Assembly (NCBI GenBank): GCA_020891255.1
Contig: BQFW01000001.1
Location: 1,426,001 to 1,490,000 of the forward strand
Direction of reading: 5' to 3'
DNA: 64,000 bases
Source of the DNA: Entomortierella parvispora E1425
Lineage: Eukaryota; Fungi; Mortierellomycota
The translations under genes were made by a program, and so were the position numbers. Below, piece by piece: positions 11,942-23,775 of the stretch. The notes under the pieces are model-generated. The model did not search any database and was not told where the DNA came from. It saw only the letters and a list, made by a program, of their open reading frames with translations. Within the stretch, counting starts at the first letter, position 1; each line of letters begins with the position of its first letter.

Positions 11942-14096
11942 ATGCTTCCTCCCTCTCTCCAACAGACAATACTCCTTGGGGGCATCTTGCTTGCTCCCAT
12001 CGCGGTTGCTGTTCCAAGCACACCCTCGCCTCTCGATGCATGCGGATCTCTCGCCAGTAAGAACATCTCCTCCATCACAGTGGCTGATGTCTCAAACTGT
12101 TACCGAGCCATTCCCTTCAATTCAACTCAAGCAAAGACTACCCTCGAGACTGTCTACACCCTCTTCAAGGACTACTACGTATTTACGGACTTGGCACTGA
12201 ACCCTCGTGTGCCCAAGCCCTTTAAGAACGAACCCGTTGATGTTCTGGGACGATTAGAGACAATTGGTAGAACCAAGTATTCCAGCGATTTCCAGTTCCA
12301 CACGGATATTCGTGCGACGATCGAGGCTCTAAAGGATGGGCATGCATCCTGTGATGGTAAGACGTTGTGCGGGGATTCCTCAGTTTTTTTTTTAAAAAAA
12401 TTGGCGTGGCTACCCATGATCCCCGTGCTCTCACTTGTGGAGAAGAATGAAAGCAAGAAAGCTAGAGACCGATCTTCATTTGTTGTTTTGTCTGTTTGTT
12501 CATAATAGTAAATTGCTATGCCTCATACAACTTCGTCAATCGACTCGCTCTCCACGCCCCTGTTGTTAATGGCACACAGGTAATCATATGTATCTGTATG
12601 TACTTTAGCTTTCACCCCTTCCCTCACTTCTCTTCATTAACAATCATATCTAATTTCACTTGTTCCCTATCTAACAGCAACTTCGTGTTTTCCGGGATAT
12701 TCACGATGACGAGTATAAGGGCTGCATTGTCGAAACGATAGACGGGCAACCATCATGGCCTTATATGAAATGGTGGTCCACTAATGTCCTCGGTTACTCG
12801 CACGACCCCAACGCCCGCCTGAACTTGGCATTGGCCACGCAAATGTACAAGCCGGACATGGGTCGGTTCGATACCTTTGATGGGCTTTTTGCCGCCCGCA
12901 CTGTCCCTCCTGCGAACAATACGATCGAGTATCAACTCCGTTGTGATGGGGCGTCCAAGCCTATCCAAATTTCTGGAGAGTGGATTGTTCAGCCAGTGAA
13001 CGACAAGGTTAATTTCGATAGCATCGAGTCTTTTGTCAAAAATGTCTGTCTAGCACCCAATGACGAGGAGTCTGCTCATGGTCCTACTCCGGCTCCTGTC
13101 CCCATCCCTAATCCATCACCTGCAGGCCCTCTTCCTGGAATTAGTGTCCAGGAGTTTCCCGGCGCTGAAAAGATCCTAGAGGGCAATGGGACTGTCTTTT
13201 ACCATCTCAAGGAGCAGCCTCACATCGGTGTCATGGTTATCCATACTTTTGACATCGCTCCTGTTGAGATCGAGGGCGAGGTTGTGTTTCAAGGTCTCAC
13301 AGCCTTGAACTCTAGGAACGTCACCAACCTTGTCATCGATTTCCAAAGTAACATTGGCGGATATGTGGAGCTCTCTGCCATTGTTGTTCAATTGCTCTTC
13401 CCGAACAAGAGTCCCTTCGATGTCCTGCTACAAGCCGATCAACGAGTGGCTAAGCCTCTACAGCAAGCAGCTTTGCATGGATACAGAGCCAACACCACTG
13501 AATACATGGATGCCTCCCTCCTGGTGGACCTCAAGACGGGTCTCCCTTACAAGGACAACAGCATCTTTTCGCGCCCTGTGACTTTGACCCGTAACGGACG
13601 CCAGAACCTCTACACGGAGAGGACCGCTCTGCTTGTTCCTACGATCCCCCAATCCCAAGTCGATGTTATCAAGACCTTCCCCTGGACTGATAACGCGGAT
13701 AACATCCGTGTCATCACGGACGGGCGCTCCGGATCTGCGACAGGCATGACAACCTACTTGTTGACGAACGAGCACAACGTCGAGGCTTTTGTCGTCGGGG
13801 GCACCGCCGGTGAGGACATGTCCATGTTCTCCTTTGCTGGCGCATCCGTGCTAGCACTTTCCGACATCCAACAGACGTATAAGGGGTTGGGTGCTGTCAG
13901 TCCCATGAGAGACATCCCCTATTCCAGCACGATCCGCTTCTCGTGGTTAGAGGTGTATGCTCGGGATAGTTCCATCCCCTTGGAGTACGACGCTGTGAGG
14001 TTTAGGACCAAAAACCATTTGAATTATTCGATCGAAACATCGTTTGATAGGTCGGCGATGTGGAAGCAGGTTGCTGCCCTCTCGTGGAAACGATGA
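11942..14096 (+). CDS. Secreted S41 (tail-specific/CPAF-like) serine peptidase, 3 exons (~11942-12357, ~12510-12579, 12678-14096)
   Basis: Hydrophobic signal peptide (LLGGILLAPIAVA); DACG..., CYRAIPFN, LKDGHA (His), VIDFQSNIGGY, ITDGRSGSA (Ser nucleophile region), VVGG; exon 3 is in frame with the 12765 ORF. Confidence 0.8.
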
Positions 14097-14565
14097 GAGT
14101 AAATAATTTCAACCATGGTCGTTGAGCATTTTTTTTTCTTCTTTTAAATAAATTTCACTTTCTACCTCATCCATCTTCCGTACTTGCGACGTCAAGTTCC
14201 AGCTCAACACCAGTCAGCCCTTCACCTCCATGTTAGATGCGATTCAAAGGATGCAAATAACTGGAGCGATATTATCCTCCAAGTTTACAATTTGCACGAG
14301 AATCAAGCAGGACGATTGTCCGTGGAAAAGAAATCAAACCATATTCATTTTTTTTTTCACAGTCCCAGTGGAATCATTTCAGTCAGTTTTTATTTTTATT
14401 CACTCCAAGCCGGCTGGATGTGGTCGGATATACAAAGGTGAGGGTAGGTAGAACCTCAAAAAGCTTTCCTACTTAAATACATGTTCACTGCAAGACCCTT
14501 GATGAAGAAGCCCTTTTTTCCGTGATGTTTTAACCCTCATTGGCTCTCTTTTCATGGCTGAAAGT

Positions 14566-15756
14566 TTAGTTGGCGGCGGTGGCGAGACCGACACGGCTGT
14601 TGGTGGTGTCAAAGACGGAGTAGTAGTTCTCCAAGAACTTCTGTCCGAGAATGAAGGCCTGGCCAGTGGTGCTGGATCCGATATCACCGATCCAGGTGTA
14701 GGTGGTGCCAGCAGAGCCGCCCTGGCTTGCAACCAAGTTAGCGGGGACGATGTACTGGTCAGGGGTCAAGTTGAAGGTAGTGCCGCCGATGGTGAAGCTG
14801 ATGTCCTGAAGACTGGAGACCTGGTCTGAGGGGATCGTGTAGAGACCGGTGGTGTTGTCGAGGGTGGCTCCAGGGATAGAGTTGTACAAGGACTGGACAG
14901 CATCGGACGACAAAAGGACCAAAGTCGTACCAGTGTCAACAATACCGGCAGTGGCACCAAGGAGCTGGGTGGAACCATAGGAAATGGAGCTGCAGTCAAC
15001 ACCCCAGTACTCGTTGGAAGGAGACTGGGAGGTGATGGGAACGTAGGTGATCGATCCAGTGTACTTGCTGGAGTCGACGCCTCCGAAGGTGACCTCTCCG
15101 TTGGCCTCGTTGGAACCACCATCGGTGATGGGCTGGAAGTAGACACCAATAACGTCGGATCCGATCTGGCCAGAGGAGTAAAGGTTGTCGACGGGAGTGG
15201 GGATGTTCTCTCCGGTGTTGGTACTGGGCGAGAGATCATCAGGGCCGAATCCAACAATACCCTGGAGACCGTTCATACCCTGGGAGGTGGTAGCGACACC
15301 CAACTCCTGGGTGAAGCTGTAGCTGCCAATGGTGGCAACATCGGTGTACTCCTCACCACCAGCGGAGGTGGGATCGTCGGGGGTACCGTAGTTGACGGAC
15401 CAGGTCTCACCCAAGTCGTTGGCGGACGAAGAGGAAGAGGGGTTGTAGTTGGCGCTCATGACCCAGAGGTCGGACGAACCAGTGTCGAAGACGAGATCAA
15501 CGTTCTGAGCGGGAGTACCCAAACCAATGCTGAGAGTGTAGGACACATCGGTGTTGACGAGAGGAGAGGAACCAGTGCTGGAGGAGGCCAAGTTGGACCA
15601 GCGGCTCATGTCGCGGGCGTAGACCTCGTGGATGGCAGCAGGCTTAGCGGGACGCTTGAGAGTGGCCTTGACACCACCGTGCTGCTCCTTGAGGGTAGGG
15701 GCAGCAAAGGCGCAGGCGGCGCTCAGGAGGAGAATGGGGAGGATCTTGTTGACCAT
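14566..15756 (-). CDS. Secreted pepsin-family (A1) aspartic protease, copy 1 (intronless, 396 aa)
   Basis: Signal peptide MVNKILPILLLSAACAFA; catalytic FDTGSSDLWV and IVDTGTTL; flap YG; ILGQKFLENYYSVFD. Confidence 0.93.
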   Translation of the reverse strand: MVNKILPILLLSAACAFAAPTLKEQHGGVKATLKRPAKPAAIHEVYARDMSRWSNLASSSTGSSPLVNTDVSYTLSIGLGTPAQNVDLVFDTGSSDLWVMSANYNPSSSSSANDLGETWSVNYGTPDDPTSAGGEEYTDVATIGSYSFTQELGVATTSQGMNGLQGIVGFGPDDLSPSTNTGENIPTPVDNLYSSGQIGSDVIGVYFQPITDGGSNEANGEVTFGGVDSSKYTGSITYVPITSQSPSNEYWGVDCSSISYGSTQLLGATAGIVDTGTTLVLLSSDAVQSLYNSIPGATLDNTTGLYTIPSDQVSSLQDISFTIGGTTFNLTPDQYIVPANLVASQGGSAGTTYTWIGDIGSSTTGQAFILGQKFLENYYSVFDTTNSRVGLATAAN

Positions 15757-15840
15757 TGTGGTGTTGGAAGTGTTGGAGGAGGAATGAGGAGGATCGGATG
15801 ATGAAGAAAAAAAGAGAGAATGTTTGAGAAAAGGTAGTGG

Positions 15841-15848
15841 CTTTTATA
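15841..15848 (-). promoter_or_regulatory. TATA box of aspartic protease copy 1
   Basis: TATAAAAG on the minus strand ~85 nt upstream of the ATG; conserved in copy 2 at 19921-19928. Confidence 0.6.
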
Positions 15849-17299
15849 CGAAATAAGGTGGGCTCCCTCGTCCATAGTCGCTTCTTTAGTTGCTGAGAGA
15901 TTGTATATTGTTCCTCTAGTAAAAACACGAACTAGCATGCGGCAGGACGTGGGAATGTCCTGACCATGGACCCTGACGAGGCTTCTTCTTGCGCGATGGT
16001 GCAAGAGTGAGCGTCCCGAGAAAGCATCTGATTCGCCAAAGGTTTGGAATGGTGCTCGTGAGAGCTCAACTGAACCCTCCAATTGAAACGCGAAGGGCAG
16101 GTCATGACGAATGAAAAACCAAGAAAGTATGCAAGGGGATGAATAAACTCCAAAGAGTTTTCCCAGCGGATGAATCCGTTGCCAGGCAAGTTAGTCTCCC
16201 TGCCCTGGGTTGAGAAAGAGTGTAGAGTGTCTATCTGTAAACATGTAAACAAGAGCAGCCGATAATTCAGGGACAAGATTACTGTCCTGCTGGACAAAAA
16301 ATTCCCTCGTTGAATACAAAAATTACTGGCTGCAAGGGATGTAGGCTGAAGTTTGATTTTTAAAGTTCAGCCCAGCCCAATTGCGCCTTTTGGTCAGCGT
16401 GAAAAAAGGGCCCAGCAACCCGAAGGGGAGGCTTCTCGTTCGCCGAGAGTTTCTTGAAGGATTATGACTCCTGTCTTGAAGATTGCCGTCGTCATCGAAA
16501 GAGGAGTGAAAAAGACTCTATTACCTCGAAGGTCTGCTGGCGCTTTCGAAAGCGATGGGGAACATTATTCAACATCTTTGAGCATCGCCTTACTGACGAA
16601 GAAGGGTAAACTGTAGTCGCTTCCATCTTTCCGTTCAATTGGACAATACAGCTGCAGCCTGCATGTGCCTTTTTTTTTGCGCGCTAGCCTCATTCCCTCA
16701 TTCGCAGGGTCCTGCCTGAAATTATTTCGTGCCTGAAATTTGGTCCCTGAAATGTCATCAGGTGTTTACTTTCGTGCAGCAAATCTCTTTGATTTCACTT
16801 TCGAATAGCGCGATTTGTCAGAGTGAGCCTCAATGTCAGGGTCTTTTGAGTTGCTCTTGCTGTAAGGTCCACCCAATACAGGATGACTTACGCCACAAAC
16901 CGACCTAGTCGCACCTACGGTACTTTCAGGGACATATCACCATCCAATTAGACCTACCCCTTCTCATTTTCAGGACACAAAAACAAACAAAGAGACGATT
17001 CACACAAAGCAAACCGTTGACCACAACATGGGGGCGTCGAATTGAAAATATGATGCAGGGGGGTCCCTGCAAGAGTTCTGTGCATCTTTCGTGTAAATGT
17101 CTTAGCCCTAGCCTAGCCTCATGTTCAACATCAACACGCAGAGTCCGGAAAATCCGGCCTCATTTTTTTTTTTTGAATGGATTTTTGAATTACCATTGGC
17201 CTAAAACACACCGAGAGCCATGTGCTACAATTACCCATTTCAGCCATGAAGCAAAGGGAAGTACATACATGTATGAGATCAAAAGTATGCAGACCAGTC

Positions 17300-18196
17300 T
17301 AGAGGGTGATAAATTACCTTTCCTGGACTCTACACAAAGGCTCCCCACCGTACCGATAGACAAGTTCACCGTGTTGACAAGCTCAGTCTCTCCTGATTTT
17401 CATCAGTTCGATGTCAACTTGGAGGATCCTATGCAAGTTTGTAGCAAAGTGCGGAGTGCTTGCTGGACCTTCGCTAACCTTCTCATCAATGGGCTGGGCT
17501 CGTCAAGTACAGTACCGTTGATGTACTCTGATATGTAGGCGTGGCGCCATTTCTCTTTTAATTCCGTGCCGTCGACTTTTCTGCTTTTTTTTGCCACCAG
17601 CCCTCTTTGCCCTCTTTTTCCTTTTGTCCCCTGAAGCACTGCCTTTGCTTGTTTTTTTATAGATTTTGGGCGCGCTTTGAGATAATCTACCTTCGCGCTC
17701 GCCGCTTGTTGCCACAGTCCAAGAGGCCGAGATCCTGCTTCTTCTCCTCCCATGGTTCAACGCTCTTGGAGCTCGGGGTGACTTGAGTGCGTGAGCATCC
17801 TCATCACCGCTCGAATCTAGGCCGTGGGAATGTACTCCTGTATAGCATGTGATGCAAACATGGACAATAAACAAAGAAGGTGCAATGTTTGTTTTCTTGT
17901 CCTACTTTCCCATCGACCTATCAACTTGAAATGAAAGACTAATCCGGTAGCCAAAGTCTTCATTGTCCCAATGAAAAACCATCGTGTTTGAATGACTTCT
18001 TGTCAAGGAAGATCGTTTGCTCTTTCGGCGCGTGAACACCATGCGGATCTGACAAGTTTGAGGTGGTTCGCAACCCTGCCTGGTCACAGCTCAACATCTT
18101 CGTCCATCGTATCCCCCACACAGTGCTCCCGCAAGCCGCGGTTTGTTCCCCGGTCATGGACATGTGACTGTCCTCTCTTCCCTCGGCGCGAATGGC

Positions 18197-18200
<4 letters not shown>
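17300..18200 (-). pseudogene. Degraded unidentified coding remnant between the duplicated units
   Basis: Protein-like stretches (KWRHAYISEYINGTVLDEPSPLMRRLAKVQQALRTLLQTC; TMDEDVEL*PGRVANHLKLVRSAW) broken by stops and frameshifts; no family recognised. Confidence 0.3.
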
Positions 18201-18227
<27 letters not shown>

Positions 18228-18638
18228 GAAGTCCAACGGCCATGCAAAGTCCAACTCGGTGCAGGATGTGGTGGTGATGTGTTGACAATGGTCAAAAAAA
18301 GTAAGGCGCGGGAACCACATTATTATCACTCTAGGTTGCCGATTGGAATGAGATCGGCCTTTGGATTTTGCGAATATAAACGCGACTCTAGTTTTTGAAG
18401 AAGACATCTTGCCCCATCATTATTGTTACTTTCACCCATCAAATGAGATTGTTTTTCTAGTCAATTTTTTTTTATTCACTCCAAGCCGGCTGGATGTGGT
18501 CAGATATACAAAGGCGAGGGTAGGTGGAACCTCAAAAGCTTTCCTAATTAAATACATGTTCACTTGAAGGCTCTTAAGGAAGAAGCCATTTTCCTGTGAT
18601 TTTTTGACCCTCATTGGCTCTCTTTTCATTGCTGAAAA

Positions 18639-19829
18639 TTAGTGGGCGGCGGTGGCGAGACCGACACGGCTGTTGGTGGTGTCAAAGACGGAGTAGTAGT
18701 TCTCCAAGAACTTCTGTCCGAGAATGAAGGCCTGGCCAGTGGTGCTGGATCCGATATCACCGATGTAGGTGTAGGTGTCGCCGGCAGTACCACCCATGGC
18801 AACAACCAGGTTAGCGGGGACGGTGTACTGAGCAGGGGTCAAAGTGAAAGCAGTGCCACCGATGGTGAAGGTGATGTTCTTCAAGTTGGCAACCTGGGAT
18901 GAGGGGATCTTATAAAGACCGCTGTTGCTGTCGAGGGTGGCGCCAGGGATAGCCTTGTAGAGGGTCTTGACAGCAGTGGAGGAGATGAGGATCAAGGTCG
19001 TACCAGTGTCAACAATACCGGCAGTGGCACCAAGAAGCTTGGTGGTGCCATAAGCCAGCTCGCTGCAGTCAACACCCCAGTACTCGTTGGAAGGAGACTT
19101 GGAGGTGATGGGAACATAGGTGATCGATCCAGTGTACTTGCTGGAGTCGACGCCTCCGAAGGTGACCTCTCCGTTGGCCTCGTTGGAACCACCATCGGTG
19201 ATGGGCTGGAAGTAGACACCAATAACGTCGGATCCGATCTGGCCAGAGGAGTAAAGGTTGTCGACGGGAGTGGGGATGTTTTCTCCGGTGTTGGTACCGG
19301 CCGAGAGATCATCGGGACCGAATCCGACAATACCCACGAGACCGTTCATACCCTGGGAGGTGGTAGCGACACCCAACTCCTGGGTGAAGCTGTAGCTGCC
19401 AATGGTGGCAACATCGGTATACTCCTCACCACCAGCGGAGGTCTCATCGCCGGGAACACCGTAATCGACGGACCAGGTCTCACCCAAGTCGTTGGCGGTC
19501 GAAGAGGAAGAGGGGTTGTAGTTGGCGCTCATGACCCAGAGATCGGACGAACCAGTGTCGAAGACGAGATCAACGTTCTGAGCGGGAGTACCCAAACCAA
19601 TGCTGAGAGTGTAGGACACATCGGTGTTAACGAGAGGGGAGGAACCAGTGCTGGAGGAGGCCAAGTTGGACCAGCGGCTCATGTCGCGGGCGTAGACCTC
19701 GTGGATGGCAGCAGGCTTAGCGGGACGCTTGAGAGTGGCCTTGACACCACCGTGCTGCTCCTTGAGGGTAGGGGCAGCAAAGGCGCAGGCGGCGCTCAGG
19801 AGGAGAATGGGGAGGATCTTGTTGACCAT
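18639..19829 (-). CDS. Secreted pepsin-family (A1) aspartic protease, copy 2 (start MVNKIL at 19829)
   Basis: Same DTGS/DTGT motifs; N-terminal part nearly identical to copy 1. Confidence 0.93.
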   Translation of the reverse strand: MVNKILPILLLSAACAFAAPTLKEQHGGVKATLKRPAKPAAIHEVYARDMSRWSNLASSSTGSSPLVNTDVSYTLSIGLGTPAQNVDLVFDTGSSDLWVMSANYNPSSSSTANDLGETWSVDYGVPGDETSAGGEEYTDVATIGSYSFTQELGVATTSQGMNGLVGIVGFGPDDLSAGTNTGENIPTPVDNLYSSGQIGSDVIGVYFQPITDGGSNEANGEVTFGGVDSSKYTGSITYVPITSKSPSNEYWGVDCSELAYGTTKLLGATAGIVDTGTTLILISSTAVKTLYKAIPGATLDSNSGLYKIPSSQVANLKNITFTIGGTAFTLTPAQYTVPANLVVAMGGTAGDTYTYIGDIGSSTTGQAFILGQKFLENYYSVFDTTNSRVGLATAAH

Positions 19830-19920
19830 TGTGGTGGTGGTGTTGGAAGTATTGGAGGAGGAATGAGAAGGATCGGATGATGAAGAAAAAAAAAGTGAAA
19901 TAGGTGGGAGATAGAGGTGC

Positions 19921-19928
19921 CTTTTATA
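19921..19928 (-). promoter_or_regulatory. TATA box of aspartic protease copy 2
   Basis: TATAAAAG on the minus strand at the equivalent position to copy 1. Confidence 0.6.
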
Positions 19929-21149
19929 CGAGATAAGATGAGCTCGTTGTCGTTGAGAGACAGTGTATGTAATGCGGAAGGGCAAGGAAATGTGTCAACC
20001 ATGGACCCTGACGACCCTTCGTCTTACACAATGGTGCAAGAGTGAGCGTCCTGAGAAAGCGTTTGATTCGCCAAGGGGTGAACAAGGTGCTCGTGAGAGC
20101 TCAATTGAACCATCCAATTGAAACGCGTAAACTAACGGCTGGCGTTATGGTAAAATGGATTTTCTCAGTGGAAGATCCATTGCAAGGCATGTGACCTGCC
20201 CAGAAAACTCTCGGATCGAATTGGGCGAGGAAGGAGTGTCTATCCGTAAACAAGAGCAAAAGAGGGACAAGATTTGGCAAAGCATCGTCCTGCTGGACAC
20301 GAAGGTCCCTCGTTGAATATGGAAATCACGGGCTGGAAGGCCAAAGTTTATTTTTTTTACAGTTTCAGGCCAACCCCATTGCGCCCTATGGTCAGCTTGA
20401 AAAAGCCCAACGACAGAACTGTCCAAAAAAGGCGAGGTTTCTTGTTCAATGAGAGTTTCCTTGGGACTTGACTCATATGTAGTCTTTTTTCTGAAAGATT
20501 ACCGGTAAACGATGGAAAAAACGAAAAATTCTTTTACACTAGTGGTGCAGCAAAGGCCCGTTGGCATTATGAACAGTGGGGAACGCGCGATTCAAAACCT
20601 TCTGACCATCGTCTTAAGGAGATTATCAGTTGACTGTGGATGTCTCTTTCTTCGCCCAATGCTATGGTCGCGAATAGTAGGTATATACCAAGGTATTTCC
20701 CCAAAATATCGTCAGTGTATATTTTCGCGGCGCAAACCTCGTCAGGACTCACACAGGGCGCGATTTGTCAGAGTGAGTGAGCCTCATTCTCAGGGTCTTT
20801 TGAGCTGAAATGTCGTCAGGATGATTTACGCCACAAAGCCGTCGGTTGTAGATGCAGGGACACATCATCATCCAGTAGGACTACACCGGTCTCACTTTCT
20901 GGACACAGAAATAAACAAAGGATGGGCAAAACAGCACACGGTAGAGGCGTCGAGTTGGAAATATGATTAGGGGGGAATCCCTCTGCTGGCGTTCTGTGCG
21001 CTTTTTGTCCAACGTGAACGAGTGGGAGTCTGGGAAAGAATGGCAATCAGCCCTTCATTTTTTAATTTTTTTTTTTTTTTTTGAATTGCCTTTGGAATAA
21101 AAACGCGTCAAGCGCCGTGTGGACAATGTAGAAGGGCATGGGCTGTATC

Positions 21150-21960
21150 TTTTCAGGACTCTATCCAATTGGCTATACAGAGATTTAGATCCACCACATT
21201 ACTATATACCAGTGCCCAAGAGTGGCAATGTCTTTCTGTAGAACCAAGGAGTATGAACGGGTAAATCACCGATTCACCCCCCACAAAGAATAGCAGAGTA
21301 TCGCGCAGCAGGATCCAGGCCAGAAATGGCAAGACCAAGTCGTCACCCGATGGAAGAGACCAGACAAAGTCATTAAAGCTCACTGACTTTCTTCCAGCAG
21401 AGCTTCTCATATATCTTGAGATTCCCATCAAAACAGTAACTTTCGGCTCATCACTGGTGAGAAAGTGAACAGACTTGTTCGAGACTTGGCCCTCAGAAAC
21501 AAGGAATTACCTCACAAATTGTACATGTACCGTAGGGCCTGGATCCGACCATTTATCGCTTCTCAGGTGTTGAAGAGAATTTCCGAGGGATAAGTTTGAC
21601 CTCTTGAGTCATGTGGATGCCAGTTCCCAGGAGAGATAGGCCCGTTTTGGGCAAGGAGGGAGTAGATGGACACAAGCGTTTGCTCCTTTGTTGCTTTTGT
21701 GGTGTGATTTGATCCAACTGACCTCATCTTTTGCCCGTAAAAGAAAAAAAAAAAACAGTCAAATTTTTGAGAGCACAACGGTTCAAGGTTCAAATTCTCG
21801 GCAATTATGATTGTGTCATTTTCCAATCCCATGAAAAAGTGAGCATCTTCGCGTGCTGATGTGAACTTTGTCGCCCTGCGATCCCATTGGTCTTCCGTTT
21901 TGAACTCAGGAACGCAACCTTTCCGTCTTTGGTCTGTTATATGATCCATTTCTGCCACGT
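21150..21960 (-). pseudogene. Possible degraded coding or TE remnant
   Basis: Cys-rich protein-like fragments across frames (YGTCTICEVIPCF*, YCFDGNLKIYEKLCWKKV) with many stops; family not identified. Confidence 0.2.
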
Positions 21961-23595
21961 CAGCACAATGGAAAAATTTTATGAACTGCCGATAGATTTT
22001 TGAATGGGGAGAACTATCCCATTGGAGAGAACGCGCCAGAAAGCTTTAGCTTTTTGGATTTGAGTTTCACTATTGTTTTTGAATTGCTATCGCCAAACAG
22101 TTGCTGTCTGAAGAGCTACACGATACTGTAGTTGCAACCTCGCGAATTCTTCAAGTTTCGAGTTTGTACTCTCCTGGCCATTTTCGATGTAGACTCGGCT
22201 ATACGCAACAAGCTAATTGATTTTCCGGTATCTTACGAACTTATCTGCAGCAGTTGCTCTTCTACCGAGGGATCGATCATATACACATGGCGCCACCAAA
22301 AAATTCGCGTCTCTCCACAGTTCAAAGCGTGGCGCACTCCTCACTGTCTCTCAATTACCCTTTTGTAAAAGCGCGCCTGCAACCAGTTATTGCTTCTTTT
22401 GCTTTGATGATCCCCAGTACTCCTTGTCACCATCTTTGCCACCAATCTTTAACATTATGTGGTTCTCCACCAAGATCCCAAAACCTAAGTCTACTGAGCA
22501 TTACCAACGTATCTATTTTTTATTAATATGTGCCTAAGACCAATCTCCAATTGCTTATCATGATTTTTGTTCTTAGTTTGTGGCTATTGGCACACGTTGC
22601 CTTTGATTTGAGGAAATTGAGGTTGTTGGGGTGAATGGGTGAAAGTGACCTTGGACAAGCTACTGATCAGTCGACGGCCTTTCTTATAAAACCCCTACCG
22701 AGGTCCCGCTGTATGAGATGTTATCATCTTCTTGTGGGCCCCCTGCTTGGAATCTTTGGCATCTTTCTTGTCTTTTGGGGTGCTCGTGTTCCTAGAAAAA
22801 TCATCTCTTGATTCGCTTCCGATGTTTCTGAAAGCATCTTACCCGAATGCCCATTTGAATTAGTCTTCCTACGTCAGAGGCGATGGAGTAAAGACGATGA
22901 AACTGTCATTTGTGGCAAAAAAAAAAAAAAAAAAAAAAAAAACAGTTCCTCGGTCGATGGTTGCTTGTGTATAGGTGCGGCCACAGACGGGCGTCTCCCG
23001 GTAGAATTGGCTTTGGAAGAAGGTGGAGGTTGAAGGAAGAGAATGGTGAACGTGGAAACAAACGATGATGATGCCAATGGAGGGATATAAGTCGATGAAA
23101 GCGCAAGAGAGGCGGCAATAGGAGGGCATGACCTGTGATAAAAAAAACGCGTCGAGCGAGACTACGCGCAAATATGGATATACGTACAAAAAATCATTGT
23201 CAATTAGAGATTCCAGTACTCTAATTTTTCCAGGTACATTTACTTACCGGGATTACCTCTTCAACTCCATCTTCGTGACCTTTCACCTCACCTCTTCATC
23301 TCGGCTCACACAAACAAGCGCCATAACCGCTTTTCCCTTTTCTCATTCTTATTGCATCTGCTTTTCTCGCGCCTTTCTCAACATTTCAAGTCGCCGGTCT
23401 TTCATCTCCCACCGTTGCCACCACTCCCTCACATTTCTTTTAGCAGAAAAACTTGCCACCTCATTTACACACTGATTGCAGTCGTCTTTCTTTGCCTTGT
23501 CAGTTGAACATGTTCTCATGCAATACCTTCATCTCGCTCCTTTTCACCAGCAAACATAGCTGCAATTGAAAGCAATTGTGGAGAATTGCCAACAG

Positions 23596-23775
23596 GCGCT
23601 GATTCTTTTTAGCAACCACTGTTTAGCCGGAGCGGCAGAGGGGGCGGAAAGTCGAGCGTGGCAGGATTTCGTCGTCTGCCTGGATTAAAACATCTTCCCG
23701 GTGCGCTGATTCTTTTTTAGCAACCACTGTTCAGCGGGAGCGGCAGAGGGGGCGGGAAATCGAGCGTGGCAGGAT
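23596..23775. repeat. Two-copy direct repeat (~72 bp unit, 107 bp offset)
   Basis: GCGCTGATTCTTTTT(T)AGCAACCACTGTT.AGC.GGAGCGGCAGAGGGGGCGG.AA.TCGAGCGTGGCAGGAT at 23596-23667 and 23703-23775. Confidence 0.85.

Larger units (their letters stand above)
14380..17230. repeat. Direct segmental duplication, unit 1 (aspartic protease plus flanks)
   Basis: Colinear similarity to ~18455-21130 in the 3' flank (CACTCCAAGCCGGCTGGATGTGG), the CDS and ~1.4 kb of upstream blocks (e.g. ACCATGGACCCTGACGA, GCGCGATTTGTCAGAGTGAG). Confidence 0.85.
18455..21130. repeat. Direct segmental duplication, unit 2
   Basis: See unit 1. Confidence 0.85.

Noticed and set aside
17300-21960. TGA-as-Trp recoding suggested by TGA stops in the remnants
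   Set aside because: Intact genes use TGG for Trp and TGA as a stop (e.g. 14096, 41921); the remnants also have TAA/TAG stops and frameshifts, so this is decay.
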